Shown: one piece after another, positions 1-8,658 of the stretch
Position numbering within the stretch: position 1 is the first letter of the stretch
How the letters are laid out: each line of letters starts with the position of its first letter
Assembly (NCBI GenBank): GCA_043820925.1
Contig: JBDRDL010000030.1
Span: 1-15,700 of the forward strand
Direction of reading: 5' to 3'
Length of the DNA: 15,700 nucleotides
Source: Methanobacteriota archaeon
GTDB taxonomy: Archaea; Hydrothermarchaeota; Hydrothermarchaeia; Hydrothermarchaeales; JACRDW01
The notes under the pieces: model-generated
Seen by the model: the letters and a program-made list of their open reading frames with translations, nothing else
Told to the model about the DNA's origin: nothing
Databases searched by the model: none
Made by a program: the position numbers and the translations under genes

Positions 1-896
1 GCATCAATTGCGAAGCCGTGGTTCTGCGATGTTATGTAAACCCTGCCGGTTGCTAAGTCCTTGACTGGCTGGTTGCTTCCACGATGCCCGAATTTCAATT
101 TGTAAGTTTTTGCTCCACTTGCGAGAGCAAGCAGTTGATTGCCTAAGCAAATGCCGAACATCGGCTTTTCTTCCATTAGTTTTTTGAGAGTCTCAATCAC
201 GTAGTCTGCTTTCATCGGGTCTCCTGGACCATTCGAGATAACTATACCCTCAGGGTCTAAATCGAGAATTTTTTTGTACTCAGTAAAAGCAGGAACTACG
301 GTTACGTTGCAATCTCTTTTGAGCAGGTTCCTTAATATGCTCAGCTTGAGTCCGCAGTCTATGAGCACAATTCTCTTTCCTTTTCCTCTATATTCCTTGA
401 TTTCTTTGCAGGTAACTTCTCTTACGAGGTCGAGCTCTGATATGTCCTTCTGCTTTTTCGCCCTTTCAAGCAGTTCTCCTGCATCTATTTTTTTCGGGGA
501 AGTCTTCAGTGCGCCTTTCATCGTCCCGTACTTCCGAATCTTTATCGTCAGCGCCCTCGTATCCACGCCGGCTATGCCAGGGATTCCGTACTCCTTCAAA
601 AACTCATCGATAGTTTTTCTGGAGCTGCGATGGCTGGGCATTAAACAGTTCTCCCTGACAACGAAACCTTCTGCCTTTATTCCGTCGCTTTCGAAGTTCT
701 CCTTATTAATTCCGTAGTTTCCGACGAGCGGATAGGTCATCATCAAAATCTGCCCGTTGTAGCTCGGGTCTGTGAGCGCTTCTTGATAGCCGCTCATGCT
801 TGTGTTGAAGACCACCTCTCCGAAAACTTCTCTCTCCGCTCCAAATCCCTCGCCTTCCACAATCGTTCCGTCTTCCAAAACCAGCGCAGCGTACAT
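1..896 (-). CDS. carA: Carbamoyl-phosphate synthase small (glutaminase) subunit, 3'-truncated by the window edge
   Basis: Hand translation from ATG 896: [19 protein letters not shown]...[37 protein letters not shown]. Also SNGPGDP, catalytic FGICLGNQ and [18 protein letters not shown] upstream. Absent from the ORF track because it runs off the edge. Confidence 0.97.
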   Translation of the reverse strand, partial: MYAALVLEDGTIVEGEGFGAEREVFGEVVFNTSMSGYQEALTDPSYNGQILMMTYPLVGNYGINKENFESDGIKAEGFVVRENCLMPSHRSSRKTIDEFLKEYGIPGIAGVDTRALTIKIRKYGTMKGALKTSPKKIDAGELLERAKKQKDISELDLVREVTCKEIKEYRGKGKRIVLIDCGLKLSILRNLLKRDCNVTVVPAFTEYKKILDLDPEGIVISNGPGDPMKADYVIETLKKLMEEKPMFGICLGNQLLALASGAKTYKLKFGHRGSNQPVKDLATGRVYITSQNHGFAID

Positions 897-917
897 TCTC
901 TCACGCCTCAAAAATTT

Positions 918-984
918 TGCATTCGTTCCGTAGGAACGAGAGCATGAGCGATGTTCATGCGCTCGGTTCTGCGAAGCGAATGCA
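918..984. repeat. 67-nt imperfect inverted repeat (32-bp arms, 3-nt loop) in the carA 5' region
   Basis: TGCATTCGTTCCGTAGGAACGAGAGCATGAGC-GAT-GTTCATGCGCTCGGTTCTGCGAAGCGAATGCA. On the + strand: 25 Watson-Crick pairs, 4 G-T, 3 mismatches. Confidence 0.85.
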
Positions 985-992
985 TCGCAAGA

Positions 993-1040
993 TTTATATT
1001 TATTCACCTACTTAAGTTTTATGTCACATTTGACTCAAAT
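993..1040. promoter_or_regulatory. Divergent promoter region: overlapping TATA-like boxes and a perfect palindrome ATTTGA-C-TCAAAT (1028-1040)
   Basis: TTTATAT at 993-999 (+); CTTAAGTA preceded by AAAA on (-) around 1009-1020; 6-bp inverted repeat between the two divergent starts. Confidence 0.5.
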
Positions 1041-1058
1041 AGATAAAAAGTGACTAAA

Positions 1059-1706
1059 ATGAACATATCAGAGGCTGTGAGAAAAATCCTTGCAAGGTAC
1101 CCTTACTTAGAGGAGTACATGGCGCTTGTGGTGATTAACAACAGGGCACTGGCGAGGGCGATATATAGAGACGTACGGCGGGAGTGCGGCGAGGTAAAGC
1201 TCCAGAGTGTCGTCACGGCTGTTCGAAGATTCCCTGTTGCAAAAGCAGGAAGCGAAAGGAACAAAATTTTAAAAATTCTCTCAAAAAGCGAGGTAAACCT
1301 CAGATATGATATAGGAGTAGCAACGATTATGCTGGACTCTGAGGTCCCGAAAAAATTAGACGAACTCCGCAGGGAAATCGGGGAAGAAACCTATATGCTT
1401 ATTCAAGGAATCCAAACCCTTACCATCGTTGCAGAAGAAAGGCTGCTCTCGTTTTTTGAAAAAGTATTTAATAGAAAGATTGCAGAAATAAAAAGGGGAC
1501 TTGCTTCGATAGTAGTGATGAGCCCGAAGGAAATAATAAGAACTCCCGGAGTAATCGCTCACCTCGCAAGCATACTTGCCCTGGAAAAAATAAATGTTGT
1601 GGAGATGATGTCGAGCCATACAGAAACTTCCTTCATCGTCGAGGAGAGAGATGCGCTGAGGGCGATAGAAGTCATAAGGAACGAGATAAAGAGGGTGAGG
1701 AGATAA
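1059..1706 (+). CDS. ACT-domain protein (N-terminal helical/HTH-like region plus C-terminal aspartate kinase/CASTOR-type ACT), putative amino-acid-sensing regulator
   Basis: N-terminal ISEAVRKIL...INNRALAR...SVVTAVRR. C-terminal TPGVIAHLASILALEKINVVEMMSSHTETSFIVEERD is typical of ACT folds. ATG 1059 preferred over GTG 1050. Confidence 0.8.
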   Translation: MNISEAVRKILARYPYLEEYMALVVINNRALARAIYRDVRRECGEVKLQSVVTAVRRFPVAKAGSERNKILKILSKSEVNLRYDIGVATIMLDSEVPKKLDELRREIGEETYMLIQGIQTLTIVAEERLLSFFEKVFNRKIAEIKRGLASIVVMSPKEIIRTPGVIAHLASILALEKINVVEMMSSHTETSFIVEERDALRAIEVIRNEIKRVRR

Positions 1707-2440
1707 TGGAAAAAATACTCGTGTACAAGTTCAAAGACCTGCGCCTAGATGGCGCTGCAATAATAAACGGCTTCCCGACAGGCGGGCTGGTGAGCACGAT
1801 AGCAGCAAACTACCTCATAGGTTCTCTGAAGCTTGACCAGATAGGAGCAGTTGATTCAGAAGCCTTTCCACCAGTTTCAATGATTTATGCAAACAAGCCG
1901 AAGTTTCCAGCACGCATTTATGCGGGCGAGGAAAGTAAAGTCGTTGTTTTTCTTTCAGAATTTACCCCTTTTCCGAGCCTCGCAAGACCCATCGCAGAGA
2001 TGATGATTACCTGGGCGAAAGAGTACGGGTGTTCCAGAATCATAGCTCCCGAGGTAATTACAATAGACGAAGAGGCGAGGAGCGATCTCGAAGTGTATGG
2101 CGTGGGCAGCACAAACAATACTCGGGAAGTCATGAAAAAGCTCGAAATTAAAAAATTCATGCGAGGAATGATAACAGGAATTTCTGGAGTGCTGCTAAAC
2201 GAGGGCAGGAGAATCGGCTTCGATGTTTACAGCTTGGTTGCTGCAGTTAAACCAGAGGTCTCGGATGCAAGGGCGGCAGCGAAGGTAATCGAGGCAATAG
2301 GCAAGCTTACACCTACGATTAAAATAGACGTCGAGCCGCTTTACGAGGAAGCAGAAAAAATCGAGAAGTTCATAAAAAGGCTGAGAGAGCAGGCAAGGAC
2401 TGCCACAGAACCGACGACTCCAACTGAGATGTATAGGTAA
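1706..2440 (+). CDS. Proteasome assembly chaperone, PAC2 family (archaeal Pba type)
   Basis: INGFPTGGLVSTIAANYL, FPPVSMI...PARIY, ITGISGVLL, DARAAAKVIE, LYEEAEKIE. C-terminal HbYX motif (M-Y-R). TAATG overlap with the upstream gene. Confidence 0.92.
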   Translation: MEKILVYKFKDLRLDGAAIINGFPTGGLVSTIAANYLIGSLKLDQIGAVDSEAFPPVSMIYANKPKFPARIYAGEESKVVVFLSEFTPFPSLARPIAEMMITWAKEYGCSRIIAPEVITIDEEARSDLEVYGVGSTNNTREVMKKLEIKKFMRGMITGISGVLLNEGRRIGFDVYSLVAAVKPEVSDARAAAKVIEAIGKLTPTIKIDVEPLYEEAEKIEKFIKRLREQARTATEPTTPTEMYR

Positions 2441-2445
2441 CCAAA

Positions 2446-3477
2446 ATGCTCGACGAAACATACAAAACTCTTGCAAGGAAAAGGGCGCAGCTCAAGGAAG
2501 GAATAGAGAAGCTCTCTGACATAGATATCAAAAAATACCAGAAGCTGTGGCGAGCCATTGAACTGCCTGAGAAGAAAGCAATCATCGGCGCAGAAGACGG
2601 AAGCCTGAATCACAGGAGATATAAAAATTTCGTGATTTACGCCGTGAATGCCATCGCACTTGTTTACAATGGAAGCTTCCGGGAAATTAAACACTCAGAC
2701 ATAAACATTCTTTATCCATACAAAAACATCGAAGAGCGCCTGAATTTGTACCGCACAATTTTCGAGCTCAAAACCGCTCTGGAGGCGCTCGACGAGGCAG
2801 AGGTTTTCCTGCTCGACGGCTCGATGCTGAGCGACATAGGTTACTTAAAGCATTTTGGGAAGTGGCTGGGCGAGGAAGAGAAAAGAGAAGTTCTGGAATT
2901 TGCACCTGAACTTGAAAGGATAGGCGGCGTGGAGATAGCTTCTATGAGATTCGCCGGTCAATTCGAAGGCGAGCACAAGTTTGAGAAAATAATGTTTCTG
3001 GAGTACTTGGAATTCCTGTCTTCTCTCGCAAGGCTGCTCGAAGAAGGAATAGAAAAACTTATCGGAATTTCGAAGCTTTCCACAAAAAGCTCTTTTATGG
3101 AAGACCTGCCGGACATCGCTGTCTTCGAGGAAATCTCAAAGAAGCAGGGATACTCCAAGCCCAGGTATGAGCCCCTGACCTCGCAAGTGATGGGAAAGTT
3201 TCCAATTCACGAGGAGCTCTTCAAGAGCTTAGTCTTCACAACCTTCTATGCGAGATTCGAAGACAAAAAAGGAGTGTTCCTGCTGGAGTTGCCCAGAGAA
3301 ATAAAAGACGAAGAGATACTTGAAATCCTGTGCAAGATAAAAAGCACCTGCGTTGAAGGCTATCCGTACTTCCTGACAAAAGCTCATAAAAGCGTTGCAA
3401 TAACTAATAGAGATATGGAGAATATCTTTGCCTCTCTCGGAATCCATGCAAAAACTGGAAGGGAGATGTTAGAATGA
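2446..3477 (+). CDS. nurA: NurA 5'-3' nuclease (DNA double-strand break resection)
   Basis: Two acidic motifs (GAEDGS, LLDGS), IGISK, C-terminal GYPYFLTKAH; ATGA overlap with herA. Confidence 0.93.
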   Translation: MLDETYKTLARKRAQLKEGIEKLSDIDIKKYQKLWRAIELPEKKAIIGAEDGSLNHRRYKNFVIYAVNAIALVYNGSFREIKHSDINILYPYKNIEERLNLYRTIFELKTALEALDEAEVFLLDGSMLSDIGYLKHFGKWLGEEEKREVLEFAPELERIGGVEIASMRFAGQFEGEHKFEKIMFLEYLEFLSSLARLLEEGIEKLIGISKLSTKSSFMEDLPDIAVFEEISKKQGYSKPRYEPLTSQVMGKFPIHEELFKSLVFTTFYARFEDKKGVFLLELPREIKDEEILEILCKIKSTCVEGYPYFLTKAHKSVAITNRDMENIFASLGIHAKTGREMLE

Positions 3478-4964
3478 GCTATATTGGGACATGCATAGGC
3501 GAGTCCTCTCCGACGCAGGTGGCATTCATCTCAAAATCCATGCCCCGCTCTGGAGAATATGTAACCCTCGGGTATGACGGCAAGAACGTGCTCGGGATGA
3601 TTGAGGCTCTCGTCAGAGGCAGCCCTTCGATTTCCAAAGATATACTCGACCCAGGCATCGTTGAGAAAATCCTGAGCTTTGAAGGAGAGGATGAGCAGTA
3701 CATCAGAGGGAACATCAAGCTGCTGGGCGAAGTCGAAACTTTAGAAATTCCAAAGGTGCCCCCGCCTCCCGGAACAAAAATAAGCAGGGCAGACTCTGCG
3801 ACTCTTAAAAAAATTTTTGGCAGCGGCACAATAAAGCTGGGAAGGCTGATTTCCCACCCGGATGTTGAGGTATTTGTGGACGGCAATAAGATGGTCTCTC
3901 GCCATCTTGCAATCCTGGCAATAACAGGCGCAGGGAAATCCAATGCCGTGAGCGTAATCGTGGACGGAATTCTGACGCTAAGCGGCATGCCGGTAATCTT
4001 CGACATGCACTCGGAATATGTAAATGCACAGTTCAGCGGCGTGAAGAAAATCTTGCCGAAGCTGAATCCGATTTATCTTTCTACCGACGAATTCAAAATT
4101 CTCGTGGACGTGGGCAAGGAAGCTTATGTTCAGGAGCGCTACCTCCGAAAGGCGTACAATGCTGCGAAAGAGAAAGTTCGAGAGGGCAGCAAGAATTTTA
4201 TCGCAGAGATAATCTCGACGCTTGAGGAAATTCGAGCGAGCGGCGAGGATTTTACGCAGAGCGAGAGAAATGCGCTCGTGGGCGTTATAAACAAAGTCGA
4301 GGATTTTGAGAGCAAGTACAAAGGACTGGTAAATCCGCACGTTGGCGATATTCTCGACGAGTTCGAGCAGGGCAAGGCAAACGTTGTTGATCTGGGAAGC
4401 GTGGACGAGGACTATGCAGACGTTATCGTGAGCCACGTTCTGCGCAAGATTTTATACAGGCGCAAGAGCAAAAAAATTCCTCCTGCTTTCTGCATTCTGG
4501 AAGAAGCGCACATACTTGCTCCCGCATTCAGGTCCACGCTCTCGAAATACTGGATAGACCGCATCGCAAGAGAAGGTCGAAAATTTGGGGTTGGGCTTTG
4601 CCTCGTTTCCCAGCGACCGAAGAGCCTCGATACTAATTCGCTCTCGCAGGCTAACAATACAATAATCATGCGCCTCGTCGAGCCCAGCGACCAGCGCCAC
4701 GTACAGCAAGCGAGCGAGCGCCTGAGCGACGACCTGCTCTCGCAGTTAACCTCGCTGAACATCGGCGAAGCAGTCGTTCTCGGCTTAATGACAAAAATTC
4801 CTGCCTTGGTAAAAATCGACAAGTTCGAAGGCAAGTTCAGCGGAGGAGACCCTGACATAGTTGGCGAGTGGCAGGATGCAGCGAAGAGCAAGAAGAAAAA
4901 AGTTGAGAAAGAAAAAAAAGAAGTGGACGAGCTTTACGGCGGGATGGTTACCAGTTCGTTCTAA
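3474..4964 (+). CDS. herA: HerA hexameric ATPase/helicase
   Basis: N-terminal HAS-barrel-like region with [20 protein letters not shown]alker A, FDMHSEY, ILEEAH Walker B, REGRKFG, SQRP. Confidence 0.95.
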   Translation: MSYIGTCIGESSPTQVAFISKSMPRSGEYVTLGYDGKNVLGMIEALVRGSPSISKDILDPGIVEKILSFEGEDEQYIRGNIKLLGEVETLEIPKVPPPPGTKISRADSATLKKIFGSGTIKLGRLISHPDVEVFVDGNKMVSRHLAILAITGAGKSNAVSVIVDGILTLSGMPVIFDMHSEYVNAQFSGVKKILPKLNPIYLSTDEFKILVDVGKEAYVQERYLRKAYNAAKEKVREGSKNFIAEIISTLEEIRASGEDFTQSERNALVGVINKVEDFESKYKGLVNPHVGDILDEFEQGKANVVDLGSVDEDYADVIVSHVLRKILYRRKSKKIPPAFCILEEAHILAPAFRSTLSKYWIDRIAREGRKFGVGLCLVSQRPKSLDTNSLSQANNTIIMRLVEPSDQRHVQQASERLSDDLLSQLTSLNIGEAVVLGLMTKIPALVKIDKFEGKFSGGDPDIVGEWQDAAKSKKKKVEKEKKEVDELYGGMVTSSF

Positions 4965-5890
4965 TCCTTCACGCCCTCTTTCGTTACTGCAAACAGCGCC
5001 TCACCTTCGGGCAGGCTCGGCGAGTCTATCAACCTTGCCGTACGCTTGCCGCCCTTTGCCTTCCGCAGATATATTCTGAACGTCGAGGAGTGTCCGACCA
5101 CGTGCCCACCTATCGGAGCTGTAGGATCGCCGAAGAAGAAATCCGGTCTCGCCATCACCTGATTCGTAACCACGACTGCCAGGTTGTGCATCTCGGAAAG
5201 CCTCTGCAAATTGTGCAGGTGTTGATTCAACTTCTGCTGCCTCTCGCTGAGCATTCCCCTTCCTGTGTAGTCGCTCCTGAAGTGCGATGTCAAAGAATCG
5301 ACGACTATCAAGCCCACGTTCTTCTCCTTGACCATGTCCGCAATCCTCTCTGCAATCAGTACCTGGTGGTCGCTGTTGTAAGCCCTTGCAACTATTATGT
5401 TGTCCAGCGTTATCTTCTCCTCCAGCCCCAGAGGCTCTGACATGTGTATTATTCTCTCGGGTCGAAACGTATTCTCGGTATCTATGTAAACGACGTTTTT
5501 CCCCAGTCCTCCGCTCTCCTCGGGCAGCTGAACGTTTACTGCCAGCTGGTGACAGAGCTGCGTTTTCCCACTTCCGAACTCTCCGAAGAACTCTGTAATC
5601 GCCTGCGTCTCTATACCTCCGCCAAGCAACACATTCAGGTAGCTGCTTCCAGTCGTTATCTTCTTCATGCTCCTGCGCTTTTCCAGCACCTCGCTGCCAG
5701 TCACGAAATTCATCTTCAGCGAATTTCTCGCAGCCTCTATAATCTTCCTCGCTGTCCCCTCGCTCACGCCCGACGCATCTTTAAGGTCTCTGGCACTTGC
5801 AACTGCAATCGCCTCAAGGGTAGCGAATCCTCCTTCCTTCAGCTTATCTGCAGTTGCCGCTCCCACTCCCTCCAAATCTTCCAACTCCAT
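4961..5890 (-). CDS. radA: DNA repair and recombination protein RadA (309 aa)
   Basis: N-terminal HhH ([15 protein letters not shown]), [46 protein letters not shown]. True start is probably ATG 5890 after GGAGG, not 5959. Stop overlaps the herA stop (CTAA). Confidence 0.97.
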   Translation of the reverse strand: MELEDLEGVGAATADKLKEGGFATLEAIAVASARDLKDASGVSEGTARKIIEAARNSLKMNFVTGSEVLEKRRSMKKITTGSSYLNVLLGGGIETQAITEFFGEFGSGKTQLCHQLAVNVQLPEESGGLGKNVVYIDTENTFRPERIIHMSEPLGLEEKITLDNIIVARAYNSDHQVLIAERIADMVKEKNVGLIVVDSLTSHFRSDYTGRGMLSERQQKLNQHLHNLQRLSEMHNLAVVVTNQVMARPDFFFGDPTAPIGGHVVGHSSTFRIYLRKAKGGKRTARLIDSPSLPEGEALFAVTKEGVKD

Positions 5891-5907
5891 ATCACAACCT
5901 CCTGTTC

Positions 5908-5959
5908 TTGCGGAAGAGAAGAGGCTGCGAAAGGGGGAAACGCAGCCTCGCTCTCGCAA
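5908..5959. repeat. GC-rich hairpin between the Zn-ribbon ORF and the radA RBS
   Basis: Perfect 9-bp core GAGGCTGCG(5921-5929)/CGCAGCCTC(5941-5949), extendable through AGAG/CTCT and TTGCG/CGCAA. Confidence 0.75.
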
Positions 5960-5968
5960 ATTAAACAG

Positions 5969-6241
5969 CTACACCAATGCTTCAACCGCTATTAGTTTCT
6001 GCTTCTTCCAGTCCTCAAGCACTTCTGCCTGCACCTCAAGCAACTTGCTTGACAATGGACTCTTCAGCTCCCTCGTTATTATCGACTCTATGCTCACGCT
6101 CATTTCCGTAGTAATGAAATCCTCGTCCTCTTCTGCACTTTCAGAAATCAGAATCCCTGAATAAATCCTCCTGCATCCATCGCACTCCAAGCTTTCCTCG
6201 CTCCGAAACAGCAATCCTCCGCAAATCATGCAGAACTTCAT
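5969..6241 (-). CDS. 90-aa protein with an N-terminal C4 Zn ribbon resembling the TFS/RpoM N-domain; function unknown
   Basis: MKFCMICGGLL...LECDGCRR, followed by an acidic linker and a helical tail. GGTGA RBS before ATG 6241. The longer 6406 start would overlap the MFS gene. Confidence 0.7.
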   Translation of the reverse strand: MKFCMICGGLLFRSEESLECDGCRRIYSGILISESAEEDEDFITTEMSVSIESIITRELKSPLSSKLLEVQAEVLEDWKKQKLIAVEALV

Positions 6242-6314
6242 TTGAATCACCAAACAAACAGCAGTACTTATGCATATATCTGCTTTGGCCGAGAGCGTCG
6301 GAAAAGTAATCGGG

Positions 6315-7709
6315 TTAAGGAAAAGTTCTAAGCTTACCTCTTGCAAGCGATGCAAATATGCCTCCAAAACAAAGGGCAGCAAAAATGACGAATGCTGCTT
6401 TCGCACTTTTTAAAAAAAGCAGATAATATTCAGGTGTAATCTGGACCCTCCCTACGTACACTGCAAATATCAGCGTAGCGATTCCCATGCTGAGCATCTG
6501 TCCAGTCAGTCGCATCGTTCCAAGCGTTGCCGAGGCTACTCCGTAAAACCTCTTTTCAACAGAACTCATAATTGCATTTGTATTGGGAGATGAGAAAAGG
6601 GCAAGCCCAAAACCAATGAGAATTAAACTGGCTACGATGAACTCTAAAGGTGTTTTTTCGTTTAGAAAAGTGAAAAGGAAAAGTCCTACGACTGTCAATG
6701 CCATCCCAATTGAGGCAACTATTCTTGGTTCAATTCTATCTGAAAGCCTGCCTGCAAGCGGTGAAAAAATAGCCATCACAATGGGTTGGGATACCAAAAT
6801 CAAGCCCGTATTTTGAGGGTTAAGCCCTTTTATATACTGCAAGTAAAGGCTTAAAAGGAAACCAACCGCAAAAGTTGCACTATAATTTATCAACGCTGCC
6901 AGGTTAGAGAAAGCGAAGACTGTGTTATTTCTGAAGAGATTTATATTCAAAACAGGACTTTCCACCCTCAATTCCCACACAACGAATGCCGAAATCCCTA
7001 AAACACCAATTAAAATTAGCCATGCACCCGACATCGCCGGCAGCAGAGAAAAACCATACATTATTGCTACAAGTGTGAGGCTGTAGATTATGGCGCCAGT
7101 AAAATCGAACTTCTCTCCCTTTGCCTCAGCCCACTCTCCCTTCAATTTCCAGAAAATAATAACAATTATTATCAAGCCCAGAGGTACATTTGCAAGAAAA
7201 ATGCTTCTCCAGCCAAAATGCTGTGTTAGAAATCCTCCTAAAAATGGCCCAAGAGAAAGTCCTAGATAAACTGCAGCAACGTTTATCCCCAGCGCTTTAC
7301 CCCTCTCCCCGGGAGGAAATACTGAAGTTAGTATTGCCACTGCAGTACCAAATATCATTGCACCTCCAATTCCCTGCAAAACTCGATAGGAAATAAGTAT
7401 AATGGCAGAGGTCGAAATTGCCGAAAGAAGAGACGAAACAGTATAAATCAATATGCCGTATGTAAAAATCCTCTTCCTTCCGTGTATGTCTGCTATCCTT
7501 CCAAAGGGGACAAGAAACATTGCGGCGGCTAAAAGAAATGAGGTAGCAACCCAACTTAACAAAACTGCATCCATTGCAAATTCTTTCCCAATTGAGGGAA
7601 GTGCAATGTTAACAGAAGAGCCCATAAAGGGCGTAAGGAAAGAGGCTAAGGTAGCAACAAGTAAAGCAGACCTTTTATTTACAGCATTATTCATGCTCAT
7701 CCTATCCAT
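6315..7709 (-). CDS. MFS drug:H+ antiporter, 14-TMS DHA2 (EmrB/QacA-like)
   Basis: VNIALPSI, motif A GRIADIHGRKR, RVLQGIGGA, motif C LGPFLGGFL, WRSIFLANVP, GRLSDRI. Start could be 7709, 7700 or 7694. Confidence 0.93.
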   Translation of the reverse strand: MDRMSMNNAVNKRSALLVATLASFLTPFMGSSVNIALPSIGKEFAMDAVLLSWVATSFLLAAAMFLVPFGRIADIHGRKRIFTYGILIYTVSSLLSAISTSAIILISYRVLQGIGGAMIFGTAVAILTSVFPPGERGKALGINVAAVYLGLSLGPFLGGFLTQHFGWRSIFLANVPLGLIIIVIIFWKLKGEWAEAKGEKFDFTGAIIYSLTLVAIMYGFSLLPAMSGAWLILIGVLGISAFVVWELRVESPVLNINLFRNNTVFAFSNLAALINYSATFAVGFLLSLYLQYIKGLNPQNTGLILVSQPIVMAIFSPLAGRLSDRIEPRIVASIGMALTVVGLFLFTFLNEKTPLEFIVASLILIGFGLALFSSPNTNAIMSSVEKRFYGVASATLGTMRLTGQMLSMGIATLIFAVYVGRVQITPEYYLLFLKSAKAAFVIFAALCFGGIFASLARGKLRTFP

Positions 7710-7803
7710 TTCTGAATTTCACTCAACTCCTTATATACGAAATTACTACAACCTTCGCTTATTTATACTACCTGAACGAAACTTAACTGCGATGCAAGGG
7801 AGG

Positions 7804-8203
7804 ATGAGAGTAACTGCGGGACTGGTATTGGTTAATGTACTGTTCTACATTTTTCTGGCGTATAGGGGCAATAATTTTCTGCAGATTGACGATAGCCTCA
7901 TGATGAAGTACGGGCTTTACGGCAGCCTCTTTGCCAGGATACAACATGGTCTTCCTCCTGATTTTCGGGGCGAGGGCAGAGGAAATCTACGGTGGAAAAA
8001 TTCTGGCTGCTCTATATCTGGTCTGCGGTGCTTTTGCCTCCCTGATATACGGCTTTGTCTTCTTTGCACTAGCTGCCGCAACCGGCTTCCTTGCACACCT
8101 CGTAGGACTTGTGCTGGGTTTTCTGATAGGCTACCTGATAACTAGGGACTGGTATCCTGAAGACGAAAAAGAAAGTTTCTGGAATAACTGCAGAAGAGTT
8201 TAA
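7804..8203 (+). pseudogene. Decayed rhomboid intramembrane protease (frameshift plus internal deletions)
   Basis: Frame 1 gives TAGLVLVNVLFY...MMKYGL. Frame 2 from about 7937 gives GYNMVFLLIFGARAEEIYG...LYLVCGAFASL...AHLVGLVLG. The WR/H motifs and catalytic GxSG are absent. Confidence 0.75.
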
Positions 8204-8442
8204 ACTTTATAAACCACATCGTTGGGTCTTACCCTCTCCTTTACCTTTATTCCGACCGAAGCGCCGCTTTCAGCTTTCTGAATCGGCGTGCGCTCTATCT
8301 GCATGGACTCTACTTTCTGCTCAAAATCCGTAGTTGCGCCCTTGATTCGAATTGTGTCGCCCACAGCCAGAGTTCCAGTCAGCTTAATCCCCGCAGCACC
8401 CGCCTTAGAGAAATACGTAAATACCTTCCCGACTTCCTCCAT
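8200..8442 (-). CDS. Small stand-alone beta-barrel (EF-Tu domain II-like / U32 peptidase C-terminal-like)
   Basis: VGKVFTYFSKAGAAGI...LAVGDTIRIKG.TTDFEQKVESMQI...VGIKV.ERVRPND.VYKV; GGGGTGA RBS; TTAA stop overlap with the rhomboid. Confidence 0.85.
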   Translation of the reverse strand: MEEVGKVFTYFSKAGAAGIKLTGTLAVGDTIRIKGATTDFEQKVESMQIERTPIQKAESGASVGIKVKERVRPNDVVYKV

Positions 8443-8473
8443 ATGTTCACCCCATCTTAATTTTCACCTTTAA

Positions 8474-8518
8474 TTATAAAAACTTTACTTTTCCAGCGCT
8501 CTCGCAAAACTTTTTAAT
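8474..8518. promoter_or_regulatory. Back-to-back BRE/TATA promoters
   Basis: (-) TTTTATAA at 8481-8474 with a purine-rich upstream; (+) CGCAAAAC-TTTTTAAT at 8503-8518. Confidence 0.5.
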
Positions 8519-8582
8519 CTTATGTGAGATAATTATACCCATAGAAGGTCTCACATGAACCAAGTATCTTTTCTTTGGGGTG

Positions 8583-8630
8583 AATTCCGTAAGGAAGCTG
8601 GCATGTCTGCCATTCTTTCTTGCGAAAGTA
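8583..8630 (+). repeat. Palindromic element, copy 1 (intergenic)
   Basis: AATTCCGTAAGGAAGCTGGCATGTCTGCCATTCTTTCTTGCGAAAGTA; roughly 70% identical by hand alignment to the mre11 copy, with the same hairpin. Confidence 0.8.
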
Positions 8631-8658
8631 GACTTTCTTTTAAAGAAAGGGATTCATA

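Noticed and set aside
274..717. 147-aa + strand ORF
   Set aside because: Antisense shadow of carA.
1021..1053. 10-codon ORF MSHLTQIDKK upstream of the ACT gene, and a GCN4-like TGACTC
   Set aside because: Expected by chance; a eukaryotic site has no relevance in this archaeal context.
4939..4959. Small hairpin at the herA 3' end resembling the element core (GATGG...CCAGTT)
   Set aside because: Too short and wobble-rich to distinguish from chance.
4961..5890. Intein in RadA, HerA or Rad50
   Set aside because: Lengths are normal, Walker A regions are uninterrupted, and no intein termini are present.
5090..6164. Several + strand ORFs opposite radA
   Set aside because: Antisense shadows with no recognisable motifs.
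7453..7803. N-terminal part of the 230-aa ORF 7453-8145
   Set aside because: Antisense to the MFS gene; only the part from about 7804 is rhomboid-like.
8581..8656. 76-nt cloverleaf-like fold (closing stem plus three short arms), possible tRNA
   Set aside because: No T-loop GTTCRA, D-loop or 7-nt anticodon loop; the self-complementarity is largely explained by the palindromic element.
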